From a virus (lineage: Duplodnaviria; Caudoviricetes): a stretch of DNA of 64,000 nt. Shown here piece after piece: positions 18,684 to 27,440 of the stretch. The stretch is taken from positions 64,001 to 128,000 of IMG/VR virus record IMGVR_UViG_3300028888_000061; one strand, 5' to 3'. Position numbers and translations under genes: made by a program. The notes below the pieces were generated by a model. It was not told the DNA's origin and made no database searches. It saw only the letters and a list, made by a program, of their open reading frames with translations. How positions within the stretch are numbered: position 1 is the stretch's first letter; each line of letters opens with the position of its first letter.

Positions 18684-19422
18684 AAGATTCCTCGTCTTTA
18701 CAAGATTCCTCTTCGATACAGTCCCGAAGATGTTCAGACAAATCTTCTAGGTCATCAGCAAACGAACGTAGTTCAGAAATAAAATCCTGAATACACTCCA
18801 AATCACAGTCTTCAGGAGTATTGCCTCTCGCAAACTGAGACAAGGCTAAAAAAGTTCCATTCTCTCCTTCCATACTGTGCATGTTATTTAACAACGGAAT
18901 GTTGCTCACTCGTTTTGAATAACGATTATAAACGTCAAAAAGCCGTTTCAAATCATCGACAGTGACAACAACCGAATGACGCTTATAACCACACATAACA
19001 TGTTCCATCTTTGTGATGGAACCTATCGGACGTAACACGTATCCATCGACCGCAAGAACGTCCAGAGTGTTCGTGCTTTCATTGAAAGACACAATCACAG
19101 GGTGGTCAATGTCTGCGAAAATGTCCGAACGGTGACATCCCCCGTGAACATAAATTGCACTATGTTTAAGGTTTTCGACAAGGGACGCATCATCAATCTT
19201 ACGGATATAAACACCACAAGAAGACGATGAAACAAAGCCATCAATGATTGTGGAGAATGTGTCTATGTGCTCCAAATCGGAGAACTTGAGTTCGTGATTG
19301 AACACGTACTCTTGTTTTGCATTATGTACTGTTGGAAAGTCATCAAGAAGACGGCTTTTTCGGAGTGATTCATTATGGTTTCTGGTGTAGGACTTGATGA
19401 TGTTCTCAAAGCTGTAGTTCAT
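18646..19422 (-). CDS. Hypothetical protein
   Basis: AAGGAGG RBS; 258 aa with acidic tail. Confidence 0.65.
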   Translation of the reverse strand: MNYSFENIIKSYTRNHNESLRKSRLLDDFPTVHNAKQEYVFNHELKFSDLEHIDTFSTIIDGFVSSSSCGVYIRKIDDASLVENLKHSAIYVHGGCHRSDIFADIDHPVIVSFNESTNTLDVLAVDGYVLRPIGSITKMEHVMCGYKRHSVVVTVDDLKRLFDVYNRYSKRVSNIPLLNNMHSMEGENGTFLALSQFARGNTPEDCDLECIQDFISELRSFADDLEDLSEHLRDCIEEESCKDEESCEEEELEYDYCC

Positions 19423-19477
19423 GGTTGCCTCCTTATGGCATCATGTTCGACGGACACCCTATCCGTCAGACAAGCCC

Positions 19478-19518
19478 TTTATACCACAAGAGACAGAGCA
19501 CAAACGAAACAGCACCAC
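19478..19518 (-). promoter_or_regulatory. GGTGCTGT-box promoter
   Basis: GTGGTGCTGT-N25-TATAAA, preceded by TGTGG. Confidence 0.7.
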
Positions 19519-19519
19519 G

Positions 19520-19551
19520 AAAAAAGGGATGCAGAATTGCATCCCTTTTTT
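19520..19551 (-). terminator. Intrinsic terminator (bidirectional)
   Basis: AAAAAAGGGATGCA-GAAT-TGCATCCCTTTTTT. Confidence 0.8.
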
Positions 19552-19572
19552 CGACAGGAAAATGGACTACGA

Positions 19573-20307
19573 CTACATCACGAAGTTTCCTTCAAGTGCT
19601 TTTGTGTCAACCGGCGCGGCAGGAACTGCAGGAGCAGATGCCTGTACGTTCGACATCTGACCACCGTTTATGAATGAACGGTATTTGTCAATGTTAAACC
19701 TGACACCGACCGCATCAAACAACTCATTAACATGAGCACTCAGCGTATCAGACACCCATTTTTTAAACTCAGGAACCTGCTGATAGAGACATGCAGAAGA
19801 ACCTGCCATGGATTCAAGACCACCGGCGAATTGTCCAGTCGTAGGTGTAAGAATCCAATCTCGTGTCATAATATCGCCGTTCGCAAAACTGTCTGCCATG
19901 CGTTTGTTGTACGTCTGGAAATGAACACTCCAAACGTAGATACGAAGGTTTTTCAGACTAATATCGCTCACGATGGCACGAACAGGGTCAGCAAGACCTT
20001 CATACGACAAAACAGGGAACAGAATACGACGTGTGGTATCCACATCAGGATTACTTGACATGTGTTTACAGCATTCACCCTGGTCGCACAAAATCGTACC
20101 GAACCCTTTGAGATAGTGCTGCTGATATCCAAGACCACCGTCAGTCAGGAAGGCAATACGTGTTTTACGTTGAGGGTCAAGTTTGAGCTTGTTAATGGAA
20201 AATTCGTCAATGACAGAACCTGCCGGGATATACGATGCAATCCCACCAAAACCGATGCTGTCTGAACTGAGAAGCGATTTGACATCTACCATAGTGTTTT
20301 CGGACAT
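19573..20307 (-). CDS. Probable single-stranded DNA-binding protein (gp32-like)
   Basis: RIAFL...HY...C...CC zinc-type motif, RRILFPVLSY, YVWSV, DWILT; flexible C-tail. Confidence 0.55.
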   Translation of the reverse strand: MSENTMVDVKSLLSSDSIGFGGIASYIPAGSVIDEFSINKLKLDPQRKTRIAFLTDGGLGYQQHYLKGFGTILCDQGECCKHMSSNPDVDTTRRILFPVLSYEGLADPVRAIVSDISLKNLRIYVWSVHFQTYNKRMADSFANGDIMTRDWILTPTTGQFAGGLESMAGSSACLYQQVPEFKKWVSDTLSAHVNELFDAVGVRFNIDKYRSFINGGQMSNVQASAPAVPAAPVDTKALEGNFVM

Positions 20308-20476
20308 TTCTTTTTCTCCAAGCGAAAGTTAAGTTTTGTGTACTTATACGTGAGTAACCAAACAAAATCACGTACCCTGTCCAGAATACTGGAACTCGGA
20401 CGACACCGTAGCAAAGACCCGTGTGCCTCGACGTTTCTATGCGCATTCTCGAAACGTCTCAGCGAACACAAGAGGG

Positions 20477-20517
20477 GTTATAACACAGATTTGAACAGAT
20501 GTGAACAACAGCACCAC
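20477..20517 (-). promoter_or_regulatory. GGTGCTGT-box promoter (SSB)
   Basis: GTGGTGCTGT-N25-TATAAC, preceded by TGTGT. Confidence 0.7.
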
Positions 20518-20546
20518 GACAAATGCATTTTCTTTTCACACACGCA

Positions 20547-20978
20547 TCAGACACCCGTATGACCGAATCCTCCTGAACCACGCTCCGTGGTTTTATCGAC
20601 AGAAACCACCTGATGAAAATCCACGGTCTCATGCTTCATTACGACCATCTGTGCGATACGGTCTCCTATCGCAATGATAAACGGCTTCTGGCTCACATTG
20701 CACAGAATGACACCAACCTCACCCGTGTAATCAGAATCTACCGTTCCAGGGCTGTTTAAAACAAACACACCGTGTTTTGCAGCAAGACCACTTCTGGAAC
20801 GTATCTCGACATGATAACCTTTCGGAATGTCCATACGCAGTCCTGTACGAACGACACGAAACTCATTTGGTAAAAGCATCACTGCCTCGGCAGAACACAA
20901 ATCCGCACCTGCAGCTTCCTCTGTCGAATAAACCGGCAGCTTGGCTGTCCCAATCATTAACTCAATTCCAATGTCCAT
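20547..20978 (-). CDS. dut: Trimeric dUTPase
   Basis: AGADL, RSRSGLA, GTVDSDYTGEV, RIAQMV, RGSGGFGHTG. Confidence 0.96.
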   Translation of the reverse strand: MDIGIELMIGTAKLPVYSTEEAAGADLCSAEAVMLLPNEFRVVRTGLRMDIPKGYHVEIRSRSGLAAKHGVFVLNSPGTVDSDYTGEVGVILCNVSQKPFIIAIGDRIAQMVVMKHETVDFHQVVSVDKTTERGSGGFGHTGV

Positions 20979-20996
20979 GAAAATCTCCAAAAATGG

Positions 20997-21102
20997 AACA
21001 CGTCCGTAAAGGGGTCTAATTTGCGTTCTGACGCATTTTTTACTTTAGACGTGTACTTACTAGGGTAAGGTCGTAACTTTTTAGTACAGGGCAAATTTGA
21101 CC
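20997..21102. repeat. Dispersed ~105-bp element, copy 1 (core GTGTACTTACTAGGGT at 21051-21066)
   Basis: Exact 16-bp core and arm spacing shared with 22032-22136 and 39527-39611. Confidence 0.85.
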
Positions 21103-21119
21103 GCTCTGTGTTTGAAATG

Positions 21120-21860
21120 TCACAGGGTTATCTGACAGGGGATGGTCATCGTCTCTCTGATACGTTTTATCTGCGTCCACAAATTGCGTGCTTCCTGTTC
21201 GATTTCATCTTTTGTTCTGTCCTTGTTCCAGTCAAGGGTAATAACATGAGAGAACCGTGACAGATTTGAAGTGAGCTCTCGGTACTCTGCGATAAGTCCT
21301 TCCATGTACTCACGCGGTATGCTGCTCTCGCACTTCCGTTTTTCTTTCTCGCTGATACGCTGTGCAAGACGGCGCATCGAAGTGTCCGGTGAAACATCCA
21401 GGTAAACAAAGCATTGCGGGTACATAATCTCCCGAGACATGTTGTGGAACAGCTCAAAGTAGCAGTCTGCTTCATCATGCGTCATATCGCCGGACTTTTC
21501 GAGTTTGCACACAAAAATCGAATCCGACCAGATAGAGCTGTCGGCGACAGAGTTTTCTCCGTTCATTGCCATCGACTGAGCAAGACGTGTCTGCTCCAAG
21601 CGTTTGTTCAAAAGGTAAATCTGAATCGTAAACGCCCATCTCGGAACGTCCTTGTAGTACAAAGCAAGGAATGGATTCTTTGACCCCTCATCGTCTTCGG
21701 TAGCAGGCTCAAACATTGTCCTGCATGGTTTCCCTGTATCTTCTGCAATCGCTTTGGCTAAAGCACGACAAAATGAGGTCTTGCCGGAAGCAATGCACCC
21801 GATGACAGGAATATGAACTCCTGATGGATAAACGGCGCAGCGAAAATTTGAAATGGTCAT
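21120..21860 (-). CDS. Deoxynucleoside kinase (dNK/dAK-dGK family)
   Basis: IGCIASGKTS P-loop, FEP, FLALYYKDVPRWAFTIQIYLL, DSSIWSD, YLDVSP, R.CE lid; ATG at 21860 with AAGGAG. Confidence 0.9.
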   Translation of the reverse strand: MTISNFRCAVYPSGVHIPVIGCIASGKTSFCRALAKAIAEDTGKPCRTMFEPATEDDEGSKNPFLALYYKDVPRWAFTIQIYLLNKRLEQTRLAQSMAMNGENSVADSSIWSDSIFVCKLEKSGDMTHDEADCYFELFHNMSREIMYPQCFVYLDVSPDTSMRRLAQRISEKEKRKCESSIPREYMEGLIAEYRELTSNLSRFSHVITLDWNKDRTKDEIEQEARNLWTQIKRIRETMTIPCQITL

Positions 21861-22031
21861 TGGAATCTCCTTGCTTTGCAGTGAACAAAACAGCGAACAG
21901 TGTGTCCGCAACACTATGCCTGTCTGATACGAACAATGTGGTTTTAGCGTCAACAATAACAGGTGCATTCGTTCGACAAACACGATTAAGACAGAAAGTC
22001 ATTTTCGTCAACAAAGAACAGCAAAAAACAA

Positions 22032-22136
22032 AACACGTCCATAAAGGGGTCTAATTTGCCCTGTATGCGATTTTATGACACAGACGTGTACTTACTAGGG
22101 TATGTTCAAAATCGTCGTCAGAACGCAAATTTTGGC
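22032..22136. repeat. Dispersed element, copy 2 (core 22086-22101)
   Basis: AACACGTCCRTAAAGGGGTCTAATTTGC leader and 21-bp AGACGTGTACTTACTAGGGTA match copy 1. Confidence 0.85.
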
Positions 22137-22161
22137 TGCCATGCTGCGAAGTTTAAGGTTT

Positions 22162-22592
22162 GGTGCGGGCAGAGGGTTAAAACCCCACCAAAGAATTCGA
22201 GGTGCATATCCACAGGGTGCGGGCAGAAGGTTAAAATCAAAGTAACGACCACAAACAGGAGCGAAACAAGGGTCACGACTACGTTCTTGATGACAGCATT
22301 GTTCAAACCATGACTATGTTTTTCCACAGGATAATTTTTCAGGATGCGATGCTAGAGCATAAGTTACGACTACGATCTTAACGACAGGATGCTGATGCTT
22401 ACGCATGACATGACTTGACTACGTTCTTGATTACAGGTGAAGACTTTACAGGAATTCGAGCTTGAACGCTCTTTGACATGACTATGTTCTTTACTACAGG
22501 ATGTGATGCTTACGCATGGCATGGCATGACTATGTTCTTTCAACAGGATGATTTCAGGATGTGATGCTAAAACATGACATGGCATGACTAAG
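22162..22592. repeat. Iteron-like direct repeats
   Basis: Two copies of GGTGCGGGCAGARGGTTAAAA (22162, 22216); about seven copies of GACTAYGTTCTT-N-ACAGG interleaved with GATGYGATGCT; TTTTCCACA DnaA-box match near 22320. Confidence 0.75.
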
Positions 22593-22656
22593 AACGTCAC
22601 TTTAAGATTTTTGCAAACCTTCAAAAATACGTTCATCTCCTTGATTTTATTGACAT

Positions 22657-22830
22657 TTTAAATTTATTTCACTTTGGCATGTTTTGTGCAATATATTATA
22701 TAATCAAAGTTAATACAATCTAATCTTTCTCTCTTTCTCCTCACTTTCTATCGAAAGTGATTATATTGGATTACTTTTGATTATATAATATATTGCACAT
22801 AGTATGCCAAAATTTAAAAAATTTTTAAAA
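22657..22830. other. AT-rich long inverted repeat, candidate replication origin
   Basis: Perfect 24-bp arms 22685-22708/22776-22799 within ~70-bp imperfect arms; inner hairpin 22741-22760; sits at the gene-orientation and GT/AC composition switch. Confidence 0.6.
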
Positions 22831-23075
22831 GTGTTGAAATTGTTGAAGTTCAGACAGTTTTCAGAAAATTTTGAAAGCTGAAAAAGCTGAAGAAAAAGTG
22901 CGAATTTTGGTTGAGGACAAATTTTATGGAAGTTAATACGGCTGGCATGATTTTTGCTAGAAGACTTGTACGTAAGTACTCATCCACCTGTGAACTATGA
23001 TTTTGGTTAAAGACCGATTCAGGCATATTCCTGTTTTGCTTTACTTTGAATGGAATTTGCTGTATCAGAAAATTT

Positions 23076-23171
23076 GTGTGGCTAGGGTAGCTACCGAAAA
23101 GACGTAAAGCCTAACGTCCGCCACACTCTCTTTTTAGAGATGACTCAGGCACGTATTTGAGGCTGAATACC
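23076..23171 (+). ncRNA. Three-way-junction leader RNA, orphan copy 3
   Basis: GTGTGGC-TAG-GGTAGCTACC-GAAAA-GACGT(AAAGCCTA)ACGTC-C-GCCACAC ... AGGCACGTATTTGAGGCTGAATACC. Confidence 0.65.
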
Positions 23172-23187
23172 GTTAAAATTTCACGCC

Positions 23188-24051
23188 TTGAACTTTAACA
23201 GATGCGATTGGGAAACCCACCGCTTTCGTATTTCCTGTATGGAGTGTTTTATGTTCGAGACTGCACGCACAGATACTTCCTGTGCATCAAAGACTTTGTT
23301 TTCGATGGCTGTAAAGATTTGTGGTATACAGACATTGATAACTGAGTTAGGTACTTTGGTATCATCCAAGGACGTTGGAGCTTCCTGTGACGATAATGCT
23401 GATGAACTGTTTACCTCGGATGTTCAGTTTGTTGGAATCAAGCAGAGGCCATTGAATGAGTCTGTCTGTTCTGCATTACGGAGAGAATCCTGGTGTCTGT
23501 TGAATCATGTTCCAATTCCTCTGTCGCTTGAATTTTACAGAGACCTTCAAAGTGCTACTTTTGAGTTTGGTTCTTTTCTGAACGATACCAGGACTTCATC
23601 TGTTTCTTCTTGTCCCATTGGAAAATTTCGTTCGTCGAAGTTGTTTTTCTCTCTTGACCTTTATCGTGATTTTGCCATTTCTCGTTCCGCTTCTGAGAAT
23701 GGCGACTGTCGCCTTTATCTGTCGATTTCCAACATCTTGTCCCAATGGGATACCTCAATTTTTGAAACGCTTCTTAATGAATCGGATGTCACCTCGATAT
23801 CTTACGCGCTCTCGCAGCTTGTCGGTAAAAAAGAATCTGCTTTAGAACTCAGTAATGGAACGCAGAAGGCTCTTTATCGTTACGTGCTCGCTTTCCGCTC
23901 GGCTTTACCTGATAGTTATCTCCGCCTGTTCTCTTACCGGTCAAAGTACGTTGCGTTCTATCCGTACAAAACTTTAAAGCTCCTTGGATTTCCTCCTGTT
24001 GTTGAATTTGAAGGGATGATTAAGAATAACTTACTTGGTATTGTGGAGTAA
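23188..24051 (+). CDS. Hypothetical protein, first gene right of the candidate origin
   Basis: Long ORF; start uncertain (ATG 23251 has an upstream GGAG). Confidence 0.6.
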   Translation: MNFNRCDWETHRFRISCMECFMFETARTDTSCASKTLFSMAVKICGIQTLITELGTLVSSKDVGASCDDNADELFTSDVQFVGIKQRPLNESVCSALRRESWCLLNHVPIPLSLEFYRDLQSATFEFGSFLNDTRTSSVSSCPIGKFRSSKLFFSLDLYRDFAISRSASENGDCRLYLSISNILSQWDTSIFETLLNESDVTSISYALSQLVGKKESALELSNGTQKALYRYVLAFRSALPDSYLRLFSYRSKYVAFYPYKTLKLLGFPPVVEFEGMIKNNLLGIVE

Positions 24052-24159
24052 GAAGGATTTTGTTTGGCTTGTGGCATTTGCTTTTATCAGACTGATGGTA
24101 TGGGTTTTTGCCCAATCAAAGTTGTGAGCAGGAAACCCCCACGTTTGGAGAATTTGAGT

Positions 24160-25689
24160 ATGGCAAAACGTAAAACGAAGAGTGATGAAATTGTGAGTAC
24201 GGTTGCATTGGAAACCCCTGTGGAGAACATGGAAACCTCTGTGGAAACCCCTGTAAGGAAATCGAAAAAGGTTAAGACCGAGAAAACGGAGAAGACCGAG
24301 AAGACCGAGAAGACAGAGAAGACAGAGAAGACGGCATGTCAGTCATCTGATGTGGAGTCTTTATCTCTTGTTGCTGATTCAGAAGTTCAGGCAACTGAAC
24401 CTCAGGAGTCATTGCATGACGCTACGGAAACCGCAACCGAGGAACCTGAACCTTTCCGTATTGCTGCTGTTCCCGGTAAACCGCAAGAGTCTAACGATGA
24501 TGATTCTGTGATACAGCTTGTACCAGATACGGATGCTCAAACACAAGCAGAGGCGGATGCTGAGCAGGAACCTTTCCGTGTGGTTGATGTTCCGCCAAAC
24601 AGCATATCGTCGGATGATTACGATGCACGTCAGAGCATTAGCGTACCTGTTACGGAGAAACGTAAGGATGAGGGTTATCTTCGGTTAAACAAACCGAAAC
24701 TCGGTATGCTTATGGTTAAACCAGAACTTGAGGATTCTGTCGAAAGCAATGATGTTTCCTTAGTCGGTGAGTCTGATGAGAATGATTCCGATGAAAATCA
24801 GCCTGATGCAGAGGATGCTGCACAGCAGGATATGGATGATTTCTTTGTCGTTCACAGGCATGTGTCTGCTGATGATGTTCCGCAGGATTGTGCTGATTCG
24901 GGTGAACCTGATGAAATGATTCCTGATGAACCTGATGAACCTGATGAACTGGATGATTTTACTGATGAGCCGAGTGATTATTTGGATGACGATGACGTGG
25001 AGGATGAACCTTGTGACCAGGATAATTCCTCTTATCCATCGTGTCTTGAACCACCTGCCTGTCCTGTGTTTGTTTGTAAGGGTGTTTTTGACTTACCGTT
25101 CGTCAAAAAATCTTCGTCAGACAAGTGTTATCTTGTACCTGATGGAAAGAATGAAAAGTTGCGTTTCGAGCGTTCTTACACGGTGAAGAAATCACGTCCT
25201 TACAGACGTGATTTGAACTATGAGCTTGAGGATACGTGTATCGCTGATATGCCTTATTACTGCTTCGACGGTCACGTTGTAGGCATGGCTCACGAGTTCG
25301 ACCCACTGTCCGGGATGTACATGAATGAGGTTTACACGACACGCGGTGTGTATTCTTTCAGAACGTGTTCAGAATTACCTGAGCGTTCAGGTTCGTATGA
25401 TGACTTTTTTCAGACGATTTTGAACACCCTCATTCTCTACGATGCAGAGTTTACTCCGTTATGTGATTTGTCTGGGTATGACTGTACTTCTGTGGACAGT
25501 GAATGCGATGACATTTCCGTTGTGTGTATGGGTGTGCTTGAGGTGTGTGGTGTTCGTTATGGTATGCGTTCCGACTGCACAGTTGATTTTGAAAGCGTGA
25601 TTAGAGCTTTGTGGGAAATCATAAATACAGATGACTCCGATGAAGACCTTGGATTTTATCGTGCGTATTTTAAACTTTTAGGAGACTGA
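24160..25689 (+). CDS. Highly acidic low-complexity protein
   Basis: GGAG RBS before ATG 24160; basic N-terminus, KTE repeats, long D/E-rich region. Confidence 0.7.
   Translation: MAKRKTKSDEIVSTVALETPVENMETSVETPVRKSKKVKTEKTEKTEKTEKTEKTEKTACQSSDVESLSLVADSEVQATEPQESLHDATETATEEPEPFRIAAVPGKPQESNDDDSVIQLVPDTDAQTQAEADAEQEPFRVVDVPPNSISSDDYDARQSISVPVTEKRKDEGYLRLNKPKLGMLMVKPELEDSVESNDVSLVGESDENDSDENQPDAEDAAQQDMDDFFVVHRHVSADDVPQDCADSGEPDEMIPDEPDEPDELDDFTDEPSDYLDDDDVEDEPCDQDNSSYPSCLEPPACPVFVCKGVFDLPFVKKSSSDKCYLVPDGKNEKLRFERSYTVKKSRPYRRDLNYELEDTCIADMPYYCFDGHVVGMAHEFDPLSGMYMNEVYTTRGVYSFRTCSELPERSGSYDDFFQTILNTLILYDAEFTPLCDLSGYDCTSVDSECDDISVVCMGVLEVCGVRYGMRSDCTVDFESVIRALWEIINTDDSDEDLGFYRAYFKLLGD
24274..24333 (+). 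repeat. 9-bp coding tandem repeat (KTE x6-7)
   Basis: AARACNGAG units with synonymous variation. Confidence 0.85.
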
Positions 25690-25690
25690 G

Positions 25691-25924
25691 ATGAAAAAAG
25701 ATAACGTGTTTTCCTATGTGTATGAGAATACCGACTTGTCTGTGTTCCATGAGTATCCGAATAATGTGTCCATCGTGTGTTCTGACGGTAGTGTTCAGAA
25801 CATTGTGAACATGCACTCAAAGTCTCTTGGCGAGGTGATTACTAATGTGAACGCTCAAGACATTACGTTTTTTGAGTTTGACCGAGAGGGTGTTCAGACG
25901 GTAGTTGTGCTTCCTGATAACTGA
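25691..25924 (+). CDS. Hypothetical protein
   Basis: AGGAG RBS; follows the acidic protein directly. Confidence 0.6.
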   Translation: MKKDNVFSYVYENTDLSVFHEYPNNVSIVCSDGSVQNIVNMHSKSLGEVITNVNAQDITFFEFDREGVQTVVVLPDN

Positions 25925-25929
25925 CTTTC

Positions 25930-25971
25930 GTGGTGCTGTGTGTTCTGGTTACTTTAGTTTTGTGTTAAAAG
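25930..25971 (+). promoter_or_regulatory. GGTGCTGT-box promoter (recA)
   Basis: GTGGTGCTGT-N26-TAAAAG, preceded by TGTGT. Confidence 0.6.
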
Positions 25972-26037
25972 GCATGATGCGGTAAAGGTGTCATGCCTTT
26001 GTTTTTACTGTCCCATTTACTTTTGTTCGGAGAAGTT

Positions 26038-27333
26038 ATGCCAAGAGTGTCTGCAAAAAGTACGGTAAAGAAGAGTTCATCACGTGGTGCGAAGAAGGAA
26101 ACGTCATCTGCTGCGGTTGAAAAGAGAACCCGTAAATCCAGTAAACCAAGCAAACAAGTCGCAAAGGAAGTTGTAAATGACACAGAAGAAATCATTGAGG
26201 AGACTCTTACAGAAATAACAGAAGACGGTGAGCAGGTTTCGGTTCGTGTAACGAATGATTCCAATGCCGGTAAGGATGTTCAGATTGAGGATTCTGAGTG
26301 GAATGAGGATAATCAGAGAGACTTGGAAGCCTTTAACGCTATGCCAGAGGCACGCAGGAAGTACTATGACAATTTGACGGCTGCGGTGCTTCGAGACCGT
26401 AAGTATATCAAGTCTGGCAGTTTCGTTCTCGACGCAATCCTGTCTGATGGTCAAGGAATTCCTACAGGAACGTTCATTGAGCTGACTGCACCGTATGCCG
26501 TCGGCAAATCAAGTCTTCTTTTGTTCATGTGTAAGAATCTTTGTGACCAAGGATATCGTTGTGCTTACATCGACACAGAGCGTGGACTGAACGACAAACA
26601 GATTGCGAGTTTTGGGCTTACGAATCATACCAAGTCTCGTATGTTCCTGCCGATGACTATCGACACGTTTGAAGAAATTGACGAGTTCTTATGCAATGCT
26701 TTGACTGATGATACGTTGAAATTTATCGTTGTCGATTCTTTAACGGCTGCTTCTGCGTCCGATATGATTGAGAAGGAAACTGGTCAGAATCAGACATTGG
26801 CTATCCATGCACGTACAATTTCTGCGTTCTTGCGACGGTTTAGGTCTAAGTTCGGCACATCCGACAAGACTATTTTCTTTGTGGCACAAAACCGAAAGCA
26901 GTTTACTCAGTACGGTGCACAGGACGGTGCAGCCGGTGGCGAGGCACAAAAGCATTACATGGACATCACTATCCGGATGAAATTAAAGGACAAGCTGACC
27001 AGAAAAATAAAAGGCTCTACCGAGAAGCAGCAGTATGGAACGATATGCACGATTATGTGTGACCCAAAGAACCGTTTCTGCAGTCCACGTATTCCGATGA
27101 GCATCGCTATCGTGTGGGGCAAGGGTGTTTCAAATGCAGCCGCTCTTTATGACGCTTTAGTGAGTCAGGGAAAAATCACGCAGAAAGGTTCTTTTTATGT
27201 GATTGAGGGCGTCGATGGACGTGAAGAGCAGTTTCGTGGTCAGGACGCCGTCACGTTCTATATCTCACAGCATTCGGATTATTATTTAAGGCTTGTTGAA
27301 CGTCTTGGTGGTATCCGGCTACCAAAGGTGTAA
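26038..27333 (+). CDS. recA: RecA/UvsX recombinase with long N-terminal extension
   Basis: SGSFVLDAIL.GIPTG, Walker A APYAVGKS, YIDTE, IVVDSL, AQNR, AGGEAQKHY, KNRF. Confidence 0.9.
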   Translation: MPRVSAKSTVKKSSSRGAKKETSSAAVEKRTRKSSKPSKQVAKEVVNDTEEIIEETLTEITEDGEQVSVRVTNDSNAGKDVQIEDSEWNEDNQRDLEAFNAMPEARRKYYDNLTAAVLRDRKYIKSGSFVLDAILSDGQGIPTGTFIELTAPYAVGKSSLLLFMCKNLCDQGYRCAYIDTERGLNDKQIASFGLTNHTKSRMFLPMTIDTFEEIDEFLCNALTDDTLKFIVVDSLTAASASDMIEKETGQNQTLAIHARTISAFLRRFRSKFGTSDKTIFFVAQNRKQFTQYGAQDGAAGGEAQKHYMDITIRMKLKDKLTRKIKGSTEKQQYGTICTIMCDPKNRFCSPRIPMSIAIVWGKGVSNAAALYDALVSQGKITQKGSFYVIEGVDGREEQFRGQDAVTFYISQHSDYYLRLVERLGGIRLPKV

Positions 27334-27349
27334 TTAACGTATCAGTCAG

Positions 27350-27380
27350 AATCCCATCGTTTCGTCACGGTGGGATTTTT
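27350..27380 (+). terminator. Intrinsic terminator after recA
   Basis: AATCCCATCGT-loop-ACGGTGGGATTTTT. Confidence 0.75.
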
Positions 27381-27440
27381 CGTTTATCAAAGGAGTGTAT
27401 TGTCGCTGTGCATGGTGCACTTCTTTTTTAACTTTGTTCA

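Noticed and set aside
22275-22592. CRISPR array
   Set aside because: Repeats are short and degenerate, the intervening sequences repeat each other, spacing is irregular, and no cas genes are present.
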